Assembly: GCA_965279315.1 (NCBI GenBank)
Contig: OZ257145.1
Span: forward strand, 73,759-137,758
DNA: 64,000 nucleotides
DNA from: Alphaproteobacteria bacterium
GTDB taxonomy: Bacteria; Pseudomonadota; Alphaproteobacteria; Micavibrionales; UBA2020
Direction: 5' to 3'
This document shows, piece after piece, positions 27,031 through 39,300 of the stretch. Each line of letters starts with the position of its first letter. Position 1 is the stretch's first letter. The translations under genes were made by a program, and so were the position numbers. A model generated the notes under the pieces. That model did not search any database. It was not told the origin of the DNA and was given only the letters and a program-made list of their open reading frames with translations.

Positions 27031-28644
27031 TCAGGCCGCGTGCGGCGCGACTTCGATGTTGAGCGCGGCGGCCAACAATGCCTTGGTGTATTCTTCACGC
27101 GGGGCTTCGAACACCTGCGATGCGGGGCCGCTCTCGACCACCTTGCCGTTGCGCATGACAATTACATCATGCGACATCGCCTTCACCACGCGCAGGTCGT
27201 GGCTGATGAACATATAGGCAAGGTTATGGTCGCGCTGCAATTTGCGCAGCAAGTCGACGATCTGCGCCTGCACCGACATATCCAATGCCGATGTGGGCTC
27301 GTCAAGGATCACGAATTTTGGGTTGAGCACCATCGCGCGCGCAATCGCGATACGCTGCCGCTGCCCGCCCGAAAATTCATGCGGATAACGGTTGCGCGTT
27401 TCAGGGTCGAGGCCGACTTCCTTCAATCCCGCGACCACTTTGGCGTCACGCTCTGCCGCATTCATCTGCGGGAAATGCACCAGCAACCCTTCCTCGATGA
27501 TCTGCGCCACCGACAGGCGGGGCGACAGCGAGCCATAGGGGTCCTGAAACACGATTTGCATGTCGCGGCGCAGGGGGCGGATTTGTTTGTCGGTCATATC
27601 GTTCAGCGACTTGCCCTCGAACTGCACCAGTCCCTGACTGCCCAACAGGCGCAGCAGCGCAAGGCCGAGCGTCGTCTTGCCCGAACCGGATTCACCCACC
27701 ACGCCCACCGTCTGCCCGGGGCGGATGACGACGCTGATGCCGTCGACCGCGCGCACATAATCGGTCGTGCGGCGGAAAATGCCGGTCTTGATGGGGAAAT
27801 GCACCTTCAGGTCGTCCGCTTTCAGTATCGGTGCGGCATTTGCATCAAAAGGCAGCGGATGACCGTGCGGCTGCGCGGCGAGCAGCATTTTCGTGTAATC
27901 ATGCTGCGGGCTGGCGAACAGGGTTTTGGTGTCCGCCTGTTCCACGATATCGCCGCGATACATCACGGCGACGCGGCTTGCCATCTTGCGCACGATCGAC
28001 AGGTCATGGGTGATCAGCAGGATCGCCATGCCCATTTTCTGCTGCAGCTCCAGCAGCAGTTTGAGAATCTGCGCCTGCACGGTCACATCGACCGCCGTCG
28101 TCGGCTCGTCCGCGATCAGCAGGTCGGGTTCGTTCGCCAAGGCCATCGCGATCATCACGCGCTGCCGCTGCCCGCCCGACAGTTCATGCGGGTATGCGCC
28201 AAGGCGCTGCGTCAGTTTCGACAGCCCGACCAGTTCCAGCAACTCGATCACGCGCTTGCGCGCGGCGTCGGGCGCCATTTTCTTGTGCAGGAACAGCGCC
28301 TCCGCGATTTGTTTTTCAATCGTGTGCAGGGGGTTCAGCGATGTCATCGGTTCCTGGAAAATCATCGCGATCTTGTTGCCGCGGATGGTACGCAGCACGC
28401 TGTCGCCCGCGCCCATCAATTCCTGGTCCCTGAACTTGATCGAGCCCGAGGGGTGCTGCGCGACCGGATAGGGCAGCAGCTGCAGGATGGACAGCGCCGT
28501 GACGGACTTGCCGGAGCCGGATTCACCGACCACCGCCAGCGTTTCGCCCTTTTCGATGGAGAAGGAAATGCCCTTCACGGCATGCGTGACCTGTTTTCCA
28601 TTCACGAAATCGACCGAGAGGTTTTTGACATCCAGCAGGGCCAT
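27031..28644 (-). CDS. yejF: Peptide/microcin C ABC transporter, fused double ATPase (YejF-like)
   Basis: Two ABC cassettes (GESGSGKS twice, LSGGQRQR twice). The start is placed at MALLDVKNL, 5 nt after the yejE stop. Confidence 0.8.
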   Translation of the reverse strand: MALLDVKNLSVDFVNGKQVTHAVKGISFSIEKGETLAVVGESGSGKSVTALSILQLLPYPVAQHPSGSIKFRDQELMGAGDSVLRTIRGNKIAMIFQEPMTSLNPLHTIEKQIAEALFLHKKMAPDAARKRVIELLELVGLSKLTQRLGAYPHELSGGQRQRVMIAMALANEPDLLIADEPTTAVDVTVQAQILKLLLELQQKMGMAILLITHDLSIVRKMASRVAVMYRGDIVEQADTKTLFASPQHDYTKMLLAAQPHGHPLPFDANAAPILKADDLKVHFPIKTGIFRRTTDYVRAVDGISVVIRPGQTVGVVGESGSGKTTLGLALLRLLGSQGLVQFEGKSLNDMTDKQIRPLRRDMQIVFQDPYGSLSPRLSVAQIIEEGLLVHFPQMNAAERDAKVVAGLKEVGLDPETRNRYPHEFSGGQRQRIAIARAMVLNPKFVILDEPTSALDMSVQAQIVDLLRKLQRDHNLAYMFISHDLRVVKAMSHDVIVMRNGKVVESGPASQVFEAPREEYTKALLAAALNIEVAPHAA

Positions 28645-28648
28645 GGCC

Positions 28649-29680
28649 TTATCCTTTGAAAATCTTGCGCGGGTCGAAGGCGTCGCGCACGCCTTCGCCA
28701 ATGAAGGTCACGAGGCTCAGCATGATCGCGGTCGAGAAAAAGGCGGTGATGCCGAGCCATGGCGCCTGCAGGTTATTCTTGCCCTGCGAGAGCAATTCGC
28801 CAAGGCTGGCCGATCCGGGCGGCATGCCGAAGCCGAGGAAATCAAGGCCGGTCAATGTCGATACGGAGCCCGCCAGCACGAAGGGCATCATGGACAGCGA
28901 TGCGACCATGGCGTTCGGCAGCGCATGCTTGAACATGATGCCCGGCGTCGAAACGCCCAGCGCCTTGGCCGCGCGGATGTAATCGAGGTTGCGCGCCTTC
29001 AGGAATTCCGCGCGCACCACATCGACCAGCGTCATCCACGAAAACAGCAGCATGATGCCCAGCAGCGTGAAGAACCCCGGCGTGATGATGCTCGACATGA
29101 TGATGAGCAGGAACAATACCGGCATCCCCGACCATATCTCGATGAACCGCTGGGTCAAAAGGTCGAACAGCCCGCCCAGATAGCCCTCCATCGCGCCCAC
29201 GAGAATGCCAAGCGCGGATCCCAGCAGCGTCAGCGTCAGGCCGAAGATGATCGAGATGCGGAACCCGTAAATCAGCCGCGCCAGCACATCGCGCGCCTGG
29301 TCGTCGGTACCGAGCCAGTTTTCACGGGTGGGCGGCGACGGCGCAGGCACATCGAGGTTGTAATTGATGGTCTGGTACGAATAACGGATCGGCGGCCAGA
29401 CCATCCAGCCTTTTTTGTTGATGAGGTCGGCGACGGCTGGGTCGCGGTAATCCGCCTCGGTTTCGAATTCGCCGCCAAAATCCGTTTCGGCATATGACCT
29501 GAACACCGGCATGTAATACCCGCCGTCATAGCTGACGAAAATGGGCTTGTCGTTCGCAATGACCTCCGCAAACATGCTGAAGAAGAACAGCATCGCGAAC
29601 ACCCACAACGACGCATAGGCGCGCCTGTTGCGCTTGAACTGCGCGATGCGCCGCTGTGCGATCACGGAGAATGCCATCAA
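28649..29680 (-). CDS. yejE: ABC transporter permease (YejE-like)
   Basis: Opp/Dpp-type permease with the N-terminal FKRNRRA..W motif typical of YejE. Overlaps yejB by 4 nt. Confidence 0.8.
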   Translation of the reverse strand: MMAFSVIAQRRIAQFKRNRRAYASLWVFAMLFFFSMFAEVIANDKPIFVSYDGGYYMPVFRSYAETDFGGEFETEADYRDPAVADLINKKGWMVWPPIRYSYQTINYNLDVPAPSPPTRENWLGTDDQARDVLARLIYGFRISIIFGLTLTLLGSALGILVGAMEGYLGGLFDLLTQRFIEIWSGMPVLFLLIIMSSIITPGFFTLLGIMLLFSWMTLVDVVRAEFLKARNLDYIRAAKALGVSTPGIMFKHALPNAMVASLSMMPFVLAGSVSTLTGLDFLGFGMPPGSASLGELLSQGKNNLQAPWLGITAFFSTAIMLSLVTFIGEGVRDAFDPRKIFKG

Positions 29681-30789
29681 CGCGCCCCTTGCGAATTGAA
29701 GTCGATGCGCGGGTCAACCCAGGTCATCAGAAGGTCGGAAATCAACTTCAGGACCAGGCCGAGCAGCGTGAAAAGGTAGAGCGTGCCGAACATGATCGGG
29801 TAATCGCGGCTGATGACCGCCTCGAAACCCAGCAGGCCAAGGCCGTCGAGCGAGAAGATCGTCTCGATCAACAGCGAATTGGTCAGGAAAATGCCGACCA
29901 TCGCCGCCGGGATGCCTGCGATCACGATCAGCATGGCATTGCGGAACACGTGGCCGTACAGCACCTTTCGTTCCGGCAAGCCCTTGGCGCGGGCGGTCAG
30001 CACATAAAGCTTGTTGATCTCTTCCAGGAACGAGTTTTTGGTGAGGATGGTCAGCGTCGCAAAACCGCCGATAACCGACGCGATCACGGGCAACGTGATG
30101 TGCCAGAAATAATCCTTGATGCGCGCCGGCCATGACAGGTCGTTCCAGTTATCCGACGTGATGCCGCGCAAGGGGAAGATGTTGAAATATTTTCCGCCCG
30201 CGAACACGACGATCAGCAAAATCGCGAACAGGAAGCTGGGAATGGCATATCCCGCGATGATCACGCCCGACGTCCATGTGTCGAAGGCAGAACCATCCCT
30301 GACCGCCTTGCGGATGCCCAGCGGGATCGAGATGAAGTACATCAGCAATGTCGTCCAGAGGCCGAGCGAGATCGACACCGGCATTTTTTCCAGCATCAGG
30401 TCCATCACGTTGCGGTCCTGAAAAAAGCTGTTGCCGAAATCGAAGGTCAGGTAATCCTTCAGCATCTTCCAGAAGCGCTCGTGCAGCGGCTTGTCAAACC
30501 CGAACTGCTTTTCGAGGCTCTTGATGAATTCGGGATCGAGCCCCTGCGCGCCGCGATATTTCGAGCCGCCGCCCGAAACCGCCATCTGCTGTTGCTGCGA
30601 CTGGATGCCGGTATCGGTGCCGCCGCCGGAAAAACGCTGCGTCGCCGAGGTGTCCATGCCCTGTATCCGCGCAATCACCTGCTCCACCGGCCCGCCCGGC
30701 GCCAGCTGCACAATCATGAAATTGAGCAGCAGGATGCCGAACAGCGTCGGGATCATCAAAAGCAGGCGGCGGATGGTATAGGCGAACAA
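29677..30789 (-). CDS. yejB: ABC transporter permease (YejB-like)
   Basis: [31 protein letters not shown], an OppB/DppB-type permease. Confidence 0.8.
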   Translation of the reverse strand: MFAYTIRRLLLMIPTLFGILLLNFMIVQLAPGGPVEQVIARIQGMDTSATQRFSGGGTDTGIQSQQQQMAVSGGGSKYRGAQGLDPEFIKSLEKQFGFDKPLHERFWKMLKDYLTFDFGNSFFQDRNVMDLMLEKMPVSISLGLWTTLLMYFISIPLGIRKAVRDGSAFDTWTSGVIIAGYAIPSFLFAILLIVVFAGGKYFNIFPLRGITSDNWNDLSWPARIKDYFWHITLPVIASVIGGFATLTILTKNSFLEEINKLYVLTARAKGLPERKVLYGHVFRNAMLIVIAGIPAAMVGIFLTNSLLIETIFSLDGLGLLGFEAVISRDYPIMFGTLYLFTLLGLVLKLISDLLMTWVDPRIDFNSQGAR

Positions 30790-30802
30790 GTGTTGTTGTC
30801 CC

Positions 30803-32665
30803 TTATTCTTTTTTCAGCGTTTTCAGGCGCTCGGCGACGGCTGCGGCCTTTTTCTTGTCATACCACCAGCTCTCGGGGATGCCGAGGCCGTATTTGGGGG
30901 TGATGCCGGGACGGCCGAACTTGTCCCAATAGGCGATGCGGAAGTAATCGATATGCCAATGCGGGATCAGGTAATAGCTCCACAGCAGGATGCGGTCGAG
31001 CGCGTGCGTGGCGGCCAGCAGCTCTTCGCGGTCCTTGGCGGTGATGACGAGGTTGATGAGTTCATCGACCACGGGGTCCTTGATGCCGATCAGGTTGCGG
31101 CTGCCCTTGACGTTGACCTTGTCCGAGCCCCAATAGTCGCGCTGTTCGTTGCCGGGCGACAGCGACTGGCCAAAGGTGCCGACCGTGATGTCGAAATCGA
31201 AATTGTCCATGCGGTTCTGGTACTGCGTCGTGTCGACCGTGCGCACCGTCACGACCGCGCCCAGTTTTTTCAGGTTCGCGACGAAGGGGCCGACCCAGCG
31301 CTCGAACATCGGGCTGGAGAGCAGGATCTCGAATTTCATCACATCCGCGCCGCGCACCAGCACCTTGCCGGCGCCCATGCGCCAGCCGGCATCGGCCAGC
31401 AGGCGTTTCGCCATCGACAGGTTGTCGCGCATGTCGGCGCCCGAGCCGTCGGTCACGGGGCTCTTGAATTCATCGACGAAAATCTCGTTCGGGATTTTGC
31501 CGCGGTATTTCTCGAGGATCTCGAGCTCGCGTCCCTGCGGGCGGCCGGTAGACGCCAGTTCGGAGTTGTCGAAGTAGCTGTTGGTGCGTTTGTACGACCC
31601 GAACGCGAATTGCTTGTTCGACCATTCAAAGTCGAACGCATAGCCCAGCGCGCGACGCGTGAGCACATCGGCGAAAATGTTGCGGCGGGTGTTGAAGATA
31701 AACCCCTGCATGCCGGACGGCAGGCTGTGGTGGATTTCCTCTTTCTTGATCCAGCCTTCCGTGACGGGCACGGTGTTGTATTCCGCATTCCACGCCTTGG
31801 CCTGGTTTTCGGCGCGGAAATCGTATTCGCCCGCGAACAACGCCTGCAGCAGCACGGTTTCGTCGCGGTAGAGGTCGTACACGATGGTGTCGAAGTTATA
31901 CTGCCCCTTGTTCACGGGCAGGTTCTCGCCCCACCAGTTTTTCACGCGCTCGTACACGATGCGCTTGCCGGCATCGACCGACTTGATCTTGTACGCGCCG
32001 GAACCGACCGGCGCATCGAGCGTGGTCGCATCGAATTTTTTGCCTTCCCAGTAATGTTTGGGCAGCACCTGCATCTCGCCCATGATGAGCGGCAGTTCAC
32101 GGTTGCCCGCCATGTTGAAGGTGAATTTGACGCGGGTGGGGGATTCCGCCTTTGCCTCTTTCACGTTCGCGTAATAGGCGTGATAGAACGGGTGGCCGTC
32201 CTTCATCAGCGTGTTGAAGGTGAACACGACATCATCCGCGGTCAGCGGCTGGCCGTCGCTCCACTTGGCTTCCTTGCGCAGGTTGAAGACGACGTAGGAG
32301 CGGTCTTCGGGCATCTCGATGCTTTCGGCGATCTGGCCGTATTGCGTGAAGGCCTCGTCATCCGACCGTGATGTCAGCGGCTGGTAGATCATGCCAAGGC
32401 CGGGGGCCGCGACACCCTTGATGATGAAACCGTTCAGCGTATCGAAAGTGCCGGCTGCGGCGAGGCGGATTTCCCCGCCCTTCGGCGCATCGGGATTGGT
32501 GTATTCAAAATGCGTGAAACCGGGCCCGTATTTCGGTTCGCCATGCATCGCGATGGCGGGCGCAGCCTTGGGGGTTTCGGGTGATGTCCCTTGTGCAACC
32601 GCAAGGCCTGAAACCGTCAGCAGGAATGCGATGGCCAGACCCTTTAACAACCCGGTATGCGCCAT
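30803..32665 (-). CDS. yejA: Periplasmic family-5 solute-binding protein (YejA-like)
   Basis: 620 aa with a signal peptide and SBP_bac_5-like sequence. First gene of the yejABEF operon. Confidence 0.8.
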   Translation of the reverse strand: MAHTGLLKGLAIAFLLTVSGLAVAQGTSPETPKAAPAIAMHGEPKYGPGFTHFEYTNPDAPKGGEIRLAAAGTFDTLNGFIIKGVAAPGLGMIYQPLTSRSDDEAFTQYGQIAESIEMPEDRSYVVFNLRKEAKWSDGQPLTADDVVFTFNTLMKDGHPFYHAYYANVKEAKAESPTRVKFTFNMAGNRELPLIMGEMQVLPKHYWEGKKFDATTLDAPVGSGAYKIKSVDAGKRIVYERVKNWWGENLPVNKGQYNFDTIVYDLYRDETVLLQALFAGEYDFRAENQAKAWNAEYNTVPVTEGWIKKEEIHHSLPSGMQGFIFNTRRNIFADVLTRRALGYAFDFEWSNKQFAFGSYKRTNSYFDNSELASTGRPQGRELEILEKYRGKIPNEIFVDEFKSPVTDGSGADMRDNLSMAKRLLADAGWRMGAGKVLVRGADVMKFEILLSSPMFERWVGPFVANLKKLGAVVTVRTVDTTQYQNRMDNFDFDITVGTFGQSLSPGNEQRDYWGSDKVNVKGSRNLIGIKDPVVDELINLVITAKDREELLAATHALDRILLWSYYLIPHWHIDYFRIAYWDKFGRPGITPKYGLGIPESWWYDKKKAAAVAERLKTLKKE

Positions 32666-32785
32666 TTAAATCTCCTGATAATCCAATAGGTTAAGCATGT
32701 ACTGCCCTGCGGGTACTATACCCGCCCCGAAAGGCCGTGGCAAGACGCGCAAATGAGGCATTTTTTTGCAAAAACAGGGAACCGC

Positions 32786-32824
32786 ATAAATTAAAACCGC
32801 CGGGTTTTTGAGGCCCGGCGGTTT
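32786..32824 (-). terminator. Rho-independent terminator of giant paralog 1
   Basis: Minus strand: AAACCGCCGGG, loop, CCCGGCGGTTT, then TTAATTTAT. Confidence 0.65.
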
Positions 32825-32847
32825 TATCGAAGATAATATCGGCTTTG

Positions 32848-35800
32848 CTAGGTCTGGTAGCCGCGCTTGCCGGTGAGGCCTTTTTCCCATGGCAGGCGTT
32901 TGTATTTGGAGTTTTCCTGTTCCTTGAACTTGGCGGCCAGGAAGTCGTCCTGCTTGTCGGGGCTCATCTTGTTGTAGGCCACCTTGTCCTTGGCGTTCAG
33001 CCCGTCGATCGTGTTGCTCTTGTCGATCGCGGCCTGCTTGCGCTCGTCGGCCGTCATCACCTTGTCCTTGGCGTTCGACTTCATGTTGTCGGCGCGGCTT
33101 GCCAGCTGCGTGCGTTCGGCAGCCAGCGCATCCGCATCCTTGATCGGCACGTCGCCCTTCGGCTGCATCTGGCCGATGACGCGGGTTGCCGCGTACATGT
33201 TGCCGTCATGACCCTGGCCGAGCGAAGCGGAGACGCTGCGATCCGGCGAGCCGCCCATCCAGCGGATCAGGTTTTCCGGGAAGATGTCGAGCAGCTTGAA
33301 CGACGTGTTCGCCGCCGTGTACAGCGTGCCCAGGTAAATGACCGAATAACAGACCTTGGCAACCAGCGCCATGAAGTAGTTGTTCGACGAGATGACCGAG
33401 GACGCGCCTTGCGAGAAGGTCGTGTGGAAGAAGACCGCGAAGGTGTTGTAGATCAGCATGCCGGCGACAAAGCCCATCACCGTCAGCACGGGGCGCATCA
33501 GCACGTTCAGCCACATGATCCACGCCGTGCGCAGCTGCGGCTGCCCCGCCGTCAGGCCGTCACCGGTCGAGACCAGGTGCGCCAGCGCTGCGACCGGCAC
33601 CATCACCACCGCCTCGAACACCGACACCATCCAGGTCAGGACCGAGAAGGCGACGCGCAGGAACGGCAGCACGGGCAGGTAGAAGGAAATCATCAGGCCC
33701 GACACGATCATCGCGGTGCCGATGGTGGCGAATGCGTTGAGCAGCGACGAAACGGCCACACCGATGCCGAGCGAGAAGCCGAAGCCTTTCAGCGTCGAGA
33801 CAGCCTGGACCAGCGTCACGCCGCCCCACAGCAGGGCGCCCGTGCCCAGCACGCTATGGCCCGTATTGGCCAGCTGCGCGAGGGGGTAAGTGCCGGTCGC
33901 GGCCAGGTCGACCGCGCGGAAGATGAACGCGCCGCCATAGCTGGGCACGAAGAAGCGCGCGAGCGTCGCCGCGATGTTGTTGTCGCCGCCCGAGAGGTTC
34001 TTGAATGCCGACATCAGGTTTTTCAGGGATCCGCTGGAGCCCGTGTTGATGTCGCGGCCGCCGGTTGCCGCCGTGTTCAGGTTGCGGCCGGTGGTGCCGG
34101 GCGCCGTGGAGTTCGCCCACCATTTGTCGTAGCCGTCGAGCGCGCCGAGGACTTTTTCCTCGAGGCCCGAGATGCGGCACGAACGGCCGATGATTTTCGA
34201 CCCGATGCAGCGCAGCCAGCCCGAGCCGCCGGCGCCGATCCAGACGGAGCCCGGTTCAACGGTCGCGGTCGGCTGTTGCGCGCCTGCCATCAGGCTGTTC
34301 ATGTTGGTGATGTCCTGGTACCACATGCCCATGCCGGCCCAGCCGCGCGCATTCATCTGCGCTACCATCGGGCCGCCGATATAGGTCGTCAGCGCGGTTT
34401 TGCCGGGGCCTTCATAGGCGGTCATGATGTCGGTCTGCAGTTGGTTCGACATCGCCTGCTGTTCATCCATCGTGGGGTCGGTCGCGGCGGCGGCCGTCGT
34501 CGCCGCATCGCATTGCGGGATCGCGCCGACAGGGCTGGTGCCCGTGCCGCCGTCGGGGAATTTGCGCGCGACATAACGGCAGGCGAAGCGGCGGGCCATT
34601 TCAATGACCGTGCCGCCGGAACCCATCGCACTGGTCGCGCTGTCCTGCATCGCAGGCTCCAGCGCGCCGCGCATCGCGTTACGGAACGCGCGGGCGGCGA
34701 TCGTGAAGTTGGGGGCGGCGTTGTAATCCGTGCCGCTGACGATCGGGGTCGAGGTCGACATCGGGGTCGAGGGCACCATCGCCGACCATGCCAGGAACTT
34801 GTCCATGTCATCGGTCGTGGAGGCGGTCGAATAACTGATCGTGCCGCAGACGTTGGAGCCGGTGTTGTTGGTGTAGCGGTTCGTGATCGTGCCGAGGTTC
34901 GGCGTCACGTCCTGCACGCGGCGGATCACCTGGTCGGGCGGCAGGCCGCCTTGCGTCTGCTGCAGGTAGGTGTTGAACGCCACCTGGCAGACCATCACCT
35001 TGCCGATGCTGTTGACGAGCGAGGTCGCGTTATTGACGGCGAAGGGCGCCAGCAGGGACTGGTCGCCCACAACGCCCGCCACATATTGCGACCAGGCGCG
35101 CGTACCGAAGTTCGAGCCCCATTCGGCCAGTTTCATCACGGCATACTGGCCGGAGGAGAAGCCGGAGCCGAGGGGGAACAGCAGGCCGAGCGCGAACATC
35201 ACGCGGATCGGCGCCCAGACCATGTTATGGCGGCCGCCGCCGAACACGCCGGTTTTCGCGGTGTCGATGATGATGGAAACGATCATCCACAGCATCATGA
35301 CGCAGGCAATCGTGATGACGCCGGTGTTATACGCGCCCATCATGCCGGCAAGGGCGTTCTGCAGCGCGCCGCCGTTCGGCGTATCGGCTGCCGCCTGGCG
35401 CAGGATCTTGTCCAGCACCATCAGGCCGTAATCGGTCGAGATGTTGTTGTTCGCGACGCGACCGTCGAACAGGCCGCCCGCGCCCGTGATGGCGCCCACG
35501 TTGCCCATGTCGGTCTTGCCGGCGCCCGCGCCATAGGGGTTGCCCGGGTGGGTGAAGAACAGCTGCGCCTGCGCGACTTCGCCGACGCCCAGGAAGATGC
35601 GGGCGAAGAACGTGCCGAGCGTCGCGGTCAGCGTGACGATCATCATGACGACGACGGTGAACATGCCGTACTGGTACATGCCGGTGCGGCGCGTGGTGCG
35701 CAGGCGGAACCAGACATCGCCCATCATCTTGGTGAACTTGATATTGGGCACGCCTTCCGCGCCGTAGTTGACCGCGGGGTGGTCGTTCGGCAGCAGGGAT

Positions 35801-36144
35801 GCCTGCACCAGCACCTGCGCCATGATGCGCATGAACACAGGGTAAATATGGGAGAAGCCGCGGAAGCACAGGCTGAACTGCGGCAGGAACATGAACGCGG
35901 CAATGGCCGAGCCCTTGATGCGGAACGGCTTGCGTTTGCCTTCCGCGATCTCGCGCTTTTCAAGCGCGCGTTTTTCGGCATAGGGGCTGGCGGCTTTCTG
36001 GACGTCTGTCAGGCCGCGGCGGGCTGTCACGCGCTCGCCGGTTGCGAATCTCTCGACGGCGGCATCGGCCTTTTTGTCCTTGCGTAGCTCCGCGAGTGCG
36101 CGAAGACCGTCCGCAATTAAACCCTTATGCTTGGAATCGCTCAT
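32848..36144 (-). CDS. Giant polytopic membrane protein, paralog 1 of 4 (tentatively DotA/TraY-like or VirB6/TrbL-like; family unverified)
   Basis: 1098 aa from ATG 36144 (MSDSKHK). It shares these blocks with the other three: F(M/V)FLPQFxxCFxGFSH(I/L)YPxFMR, STDY(A/G)LMVLDKILRQ, GGGRHNMVW(A/T/V)PIRV(M/V/L)FALG, GQY(A/M)VMKLAEWGSN(F/L)G, (V/I)MVCQ, TNRYTNNT, RGWAGMGMWYQ, TNTYPLA, FYLP(V/A)LPF(L/I)RVAFxVLTW and LYTAANTSFKL. The CDS is certain; the function is not. Confidence 0.85.
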   Translation of the reverse strand: MSDSKHKGLIADGLRALAELRKDKKADAAVERFATGERVTARRGLTDVQKAASPYAEKRALEKREIAEGKRKPFRIKGSAIAAFMFLPQFSLCFRGFSHIYPVFMRIMAQVLVQASLLPNDHPAVNYGAEGVPNIKFTKMMGDVWFRLRTTRRTGMYQYGMFTVVVMMIVTLTATLGTFFARIFLGVGEVAQAQLFFTHPGNPYGAGAGKTDMGNVGAITGAGGLFDGRVANNNISTDYGLMVLDKILRQAAADTPNGGALQNALAGMMGAYNTGVITIACVMMLWMIVSIIIDTAKTGVFGGGRHNMVWAPIRVMFALGLLFPLGSGFSSGQYAVMKLAEWGSNFGTRAWSQYVAGVVGDQSLLAPFAVNNATSLVNSIGKVMVCQVAFNTYLQQTQGGLPPDQVIRRVQDVTPNLGTITNRYTNNTGSNVCGTISYSTASTTDDMDKFLAWSAMVPSTPMSTSTPIVSGTDYNAAPNFTIAARAFRNAMRGALEPAMQDSATSAMGSGGTVIEMARRFACRYVARKFPDGGTGTSPVGAIPQCDAATTAAAATDPTMDEQQAMSNQLQTDIMTAYEGPGKTALTTYIGGPMVAQMNARGWAGMGMWYQDITNMNSLMAGAQQPTATVEPGSVWIGAGGSGWLRCIGSKIIGRSCRISGLEEKVLGALDGYDKWWANSTAPGTTGRNLNTAATGGRDINTGSSGSLKNLMSAFKNLSGGDNNIAATLARFFVPSYGGAFIFRAVDLAATGTYPLAQLANTGHSVLGTGALLWGGVTLVQAVSTLKGFGFSLGIGVAVSSLLNAFATIGTAMIVSGLMISFYLPVLPFLRVAFSVLTWMVSVFEAVVMVPVAALAHLVSTGDGLTAGQPQLRTAWIMWLNVLMRPVLTVMGFVAGMLIYNTFAVFFHTTFSQGASSVISSNNYFMALVAKVCYSVIYLGTLYTAANTSFKLLDIFPENLIRWMGGSPDRSVSASLGQGHDGNMYAATRVIGQMQPKGDVPIKDADALAAERTQLASRADNMKSNAKDKVMTADERKQAAIDKSNTIDGLNAKDKVAYNKMSPDKQDDFLAAKFKEQENSKYKRLPWEKGLTGKRGYQT

Positions 36145-36194
36145 GGTTTTGCCCTGCAAATAAAGACCGGAACCTATAACAGGCTTATTCTTAA

Positions 36195-36223
36195 ATTGTA
36201 CGCCTTTTTCTTAAAACCGTCAA
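36195..36223 (-). promoter_or_regulatory. Sigma70-type promoter of paralog 1 (conserved cassette)
   Basis: Minus strand: TTGACG, GTTTTAAGAAAAAGGCG (17 nt), TACAAT. It sits inside a ~75-bp block repeated upstream of all four paralogs. Confidence 0.6.
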
Positions 36224-36322
36224 ATTTATGGACATTTATGCAAAATTTTACGGGACGGAATTGGCAAGTAATCTCATATAGTTAACAAAAACCTAACCTG
36301 CGGGGCCGCGATGCGCTTGCCC

Positions 36323-36356
36323 AAAAAAGACACCGCCGGACATGTGCCCGGCGGTG
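36323..36356 (-). terminator. Rho-independent terminator of giant paralog 2
   Basis: Minus strand: CACCGCCGG, 8-nt loop, CCGGCGGTG, then TCTTTTTTGG. Confidence 0.7.
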
Positions 36357-36385
36357 CGTTATCACTGTGGCCTGCGGGCGTCCGT

Positions 36386-39300
36386 TCAGATCTTGAACAG
36401 CTTGCCGGCCAGCGCTTCGTTTGCCTTGATCAGGTCGTTCAGCTTGCTTTCGCTTGCCGTGCCCTTGGCAACCAGCCCGCGCAGCACGCTTTCGGCGTAT
36501 TTCGCGTCCGAGAACTGCTCGCGCTTGGCGATATCGGCGTTTTTCCAGGCCGTGCGCTGTTCGGACGACATTTCGTTTTCAGCCGCACGGTCGCGCGATT
36601 CCACCAGCTTGCCATGCGCCAGCGCGACGGCCGCTTTTTCATCGCGGGTCATGAAGCCCCATTGCGTGTTGACGTCGGAGCCGGCGTTTTTCTCTTCCCA
36701 CATCGCTTGCGCGTAGCCGATCGTTTTCTTCGGCTCGCGGCTGGCTTCGTCCATCGCCGCGCCGTCAAGGCCCAGCTTGCTCAGCAGGTTCAGCTCGTCC
36801 TGCGCCTTCATATAGCCGAACATCGCCTCCGTGCCCGGTTTGCCCACGCCCGGCGCGAACAGTTCGGGATCTGTTTCGTAATAGCGGCGGATAAAGCTGT
36901 CCTTGTCCGCAGCCGACATACCGACATAGTTCACGGCATCGGCGCCCGACATCTGGTTTTCGATCTTCTGGCGCACGGCTGCGATCTGGGTTGCATTCAT
37001 CGCATCCATGCCGGAGCCGCCGCCGCCCGAAAGTGCGCCGTCAAGCGCGCTGTCCGAGATGCTTGCGCCGGCCAGCTGGCCGCGGCCCACCGACGGGCCA
37101 TCCAGTTCGCGGAAGTTCTGGTCGTTGTCCTTGTGTCCGCGCTGGCCGTGACCGGCCAGTTTTTCACCGAAATGGTAGCCGGAACCGCCCATATCCTTGC
37201 CGCCCTCGTTGCGGGAGAACCAGCGGCGCGGGTTCATGCTGGCATGCATATTCAGGCCGGCAAAGGTCGTGCCTGCGCCGCTGTAACCCGCCTTGCCAGT
37301 CGTGTTCAGGCTATAGCCGATGCCGCGCTCGAAGCCGAAGCGTTTGTATTTCTTGTTCTCCTGCTCCAGGAACTTGTGCTGCAGGAAGCGGTCCTTGTCG
37401 CCGGACGACATGTTGCCCATGCGGTCGCGTTCGTCCGCGGTCATGCGGGAACGGGCCAGCTGCATGTCCGACTGCTTGCGCGCAAGCTTGCTGTCGGTCA
37501 GCAGCTCGTCGCGGACGCCCATGGCCGCCGCACGCGACGCCACGCTGTTCGCGTTCTTGAGGTTGGTCAGGTCGTCGTCGGACTTGATCAGGTTGCGCAC
37601 GTTCCAGCCCGAAGACATCGGGATCGCCTGTTCCAGGTTCTTGATCAGTGTCGCACCGGCGAAGCCGAGGCCGCCGCCGATGTTGGAACGGCCGTCCAGC
37701 AGCGCGGTGTCCTGTTTCGCGCCCCATTCGCCGAGCCAGCGCATCAGGTGGTTGGGGAACACGTCCAGAAGCTTGAACGAGGTGTTCGCCGCCGCATACA
37801 GCGTGCCGAGATAAATGACCGAATACGCGACCTTGGCAAGGATCTGCATCGGGTACCAATGCGTCGACATCACCGATGCCGCGCCCTGTTCGAACGTCGT
37901 GTGGAAAAACACGGCGAAGGTCGAATAGCACAGCATGCCGGCAATGAAGCCGAACACGGTCAGGATCGGGCGCATGAAGACGTTGAACCACAGCGTCCAG
38001 GCCGTCCGCCCGTGGTTACCCATCAGGCCGGGCCCCATGGTGGAGAGGTGGGTCAGCGCCGCAACCGGCACCATCACGACCGCCTCGAACACCGAGGTCA
38101 GCCAGGTGAGAACGGAGAACGCGACGCGGATGAAGGGCAGCGCGGGCAGGTAGAAGGAAATCACGCAACCCGCCAGGATCATCATCGAGCCGACGGAGGC
38201 AAGCGCGCCCATCAGCGCGGAGAAGGCAAGGCCTTTACCGAGCGAGAAACCCGCGCCGTCAATCGTCGACACGGCCTGCAGGATCGAGACACCCGTCCAC
38301 AGCAGCGCGCCGATGCCCAGCACGCTATGGCCGGTATCCGACAATTGCGCCAGCGGATAGGTGTTGGTCGCGGACAGGTCGACCGCCTTGAACAGGAACA
38401 CGCCGGCAGCACGCGGGAAGATAAAGCGCGTCAGCACGGTCAGGATGCCGTTGTCGCCGATCGACACGTTGCCGATCCATGACAGGATCGAGCCGATGGA
38501 AGAGCCGACCGCAGGGTTCAGTTCCTGGTTGGAGGACGCGGCCGCCTGGCCGACCTTGCCGGGCGATCCCGAAAGGCCCGATACGCCCCACCAACGGTCA
38601 TATTCGTTCATGACCGAGAACACTTTGTCCTCGAGGCCGGAGATTTTGCACTGCTCGCCGGATTCGCTGGAGTCACCCGCGCAACGCTCCCAGCCCGCAC
38701 CGCCCGAGCCTGACCAAATCGAGCCGGGCTCGACCGTCGCCATGGGTTCCTGCGCCGTGTACTGCACGTTGTTCAGGTTCGCGATGTCCTGGTACCACAT
38801 GGCCATGCCGGCCCAGCCGCGGCTCGACATTTCGGTCATCATCGGGCTGGTCGCCGTGGTGCCGACGTAGTTGTTGAGCGCGCCGCGCCCGCCGCCCGTA
38901 TAGGCGGCCATCATCGCGGCCTGCATCGTGTTCAGCATGTTCTGGTGCGACGACGTGTCGGGGTCGGTCGCGGCGGCCGCTGCGCCTGCGCACATCGGGA
39001 TATCGGCCACGGGGTTGCCCGCACCGCCGCCGTCGCTGAAACGGCGGGAAACGAACTGGCACGCGAAAGTGCGCGCATCGTTCACGACAGAACCCGCGCC
39101 GACGCCGGTCGGGGTGTCGGCGAGGTCGGCGGAAAGCGCCCCGCGCATCGCGTCGCGGAAGCCCTTCACGGCGGTCGTCATGCCGACGTTTTTATAGTTG
39201 TTGTCGGGCGCGGTGCCGGTCGAGGTCGAGGCGGTCATCGCCGTGTTCGGCGTCGCCGTGCTCCAGTCGAGGAACTGGTTGTTGTCGTCCGGCGTCGCGG

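Noticed and set aside
36282-36297. Possible CtrA boxes near the giant-paralog promoters: TTAG-N7-TTAAC on the coding strand upstream of paralog 1, and TTAA-N7-TTAT and TTAA-N7-TTAC near 47079-47160 upstream of paralog 4.
   Set aside because: Each has a mismatch in a core half-site. They are not present upstream of paralogs 2 and 3, and they lie in A/T-rich DNA where such near-matches are expected by chance. Not reported as sites.
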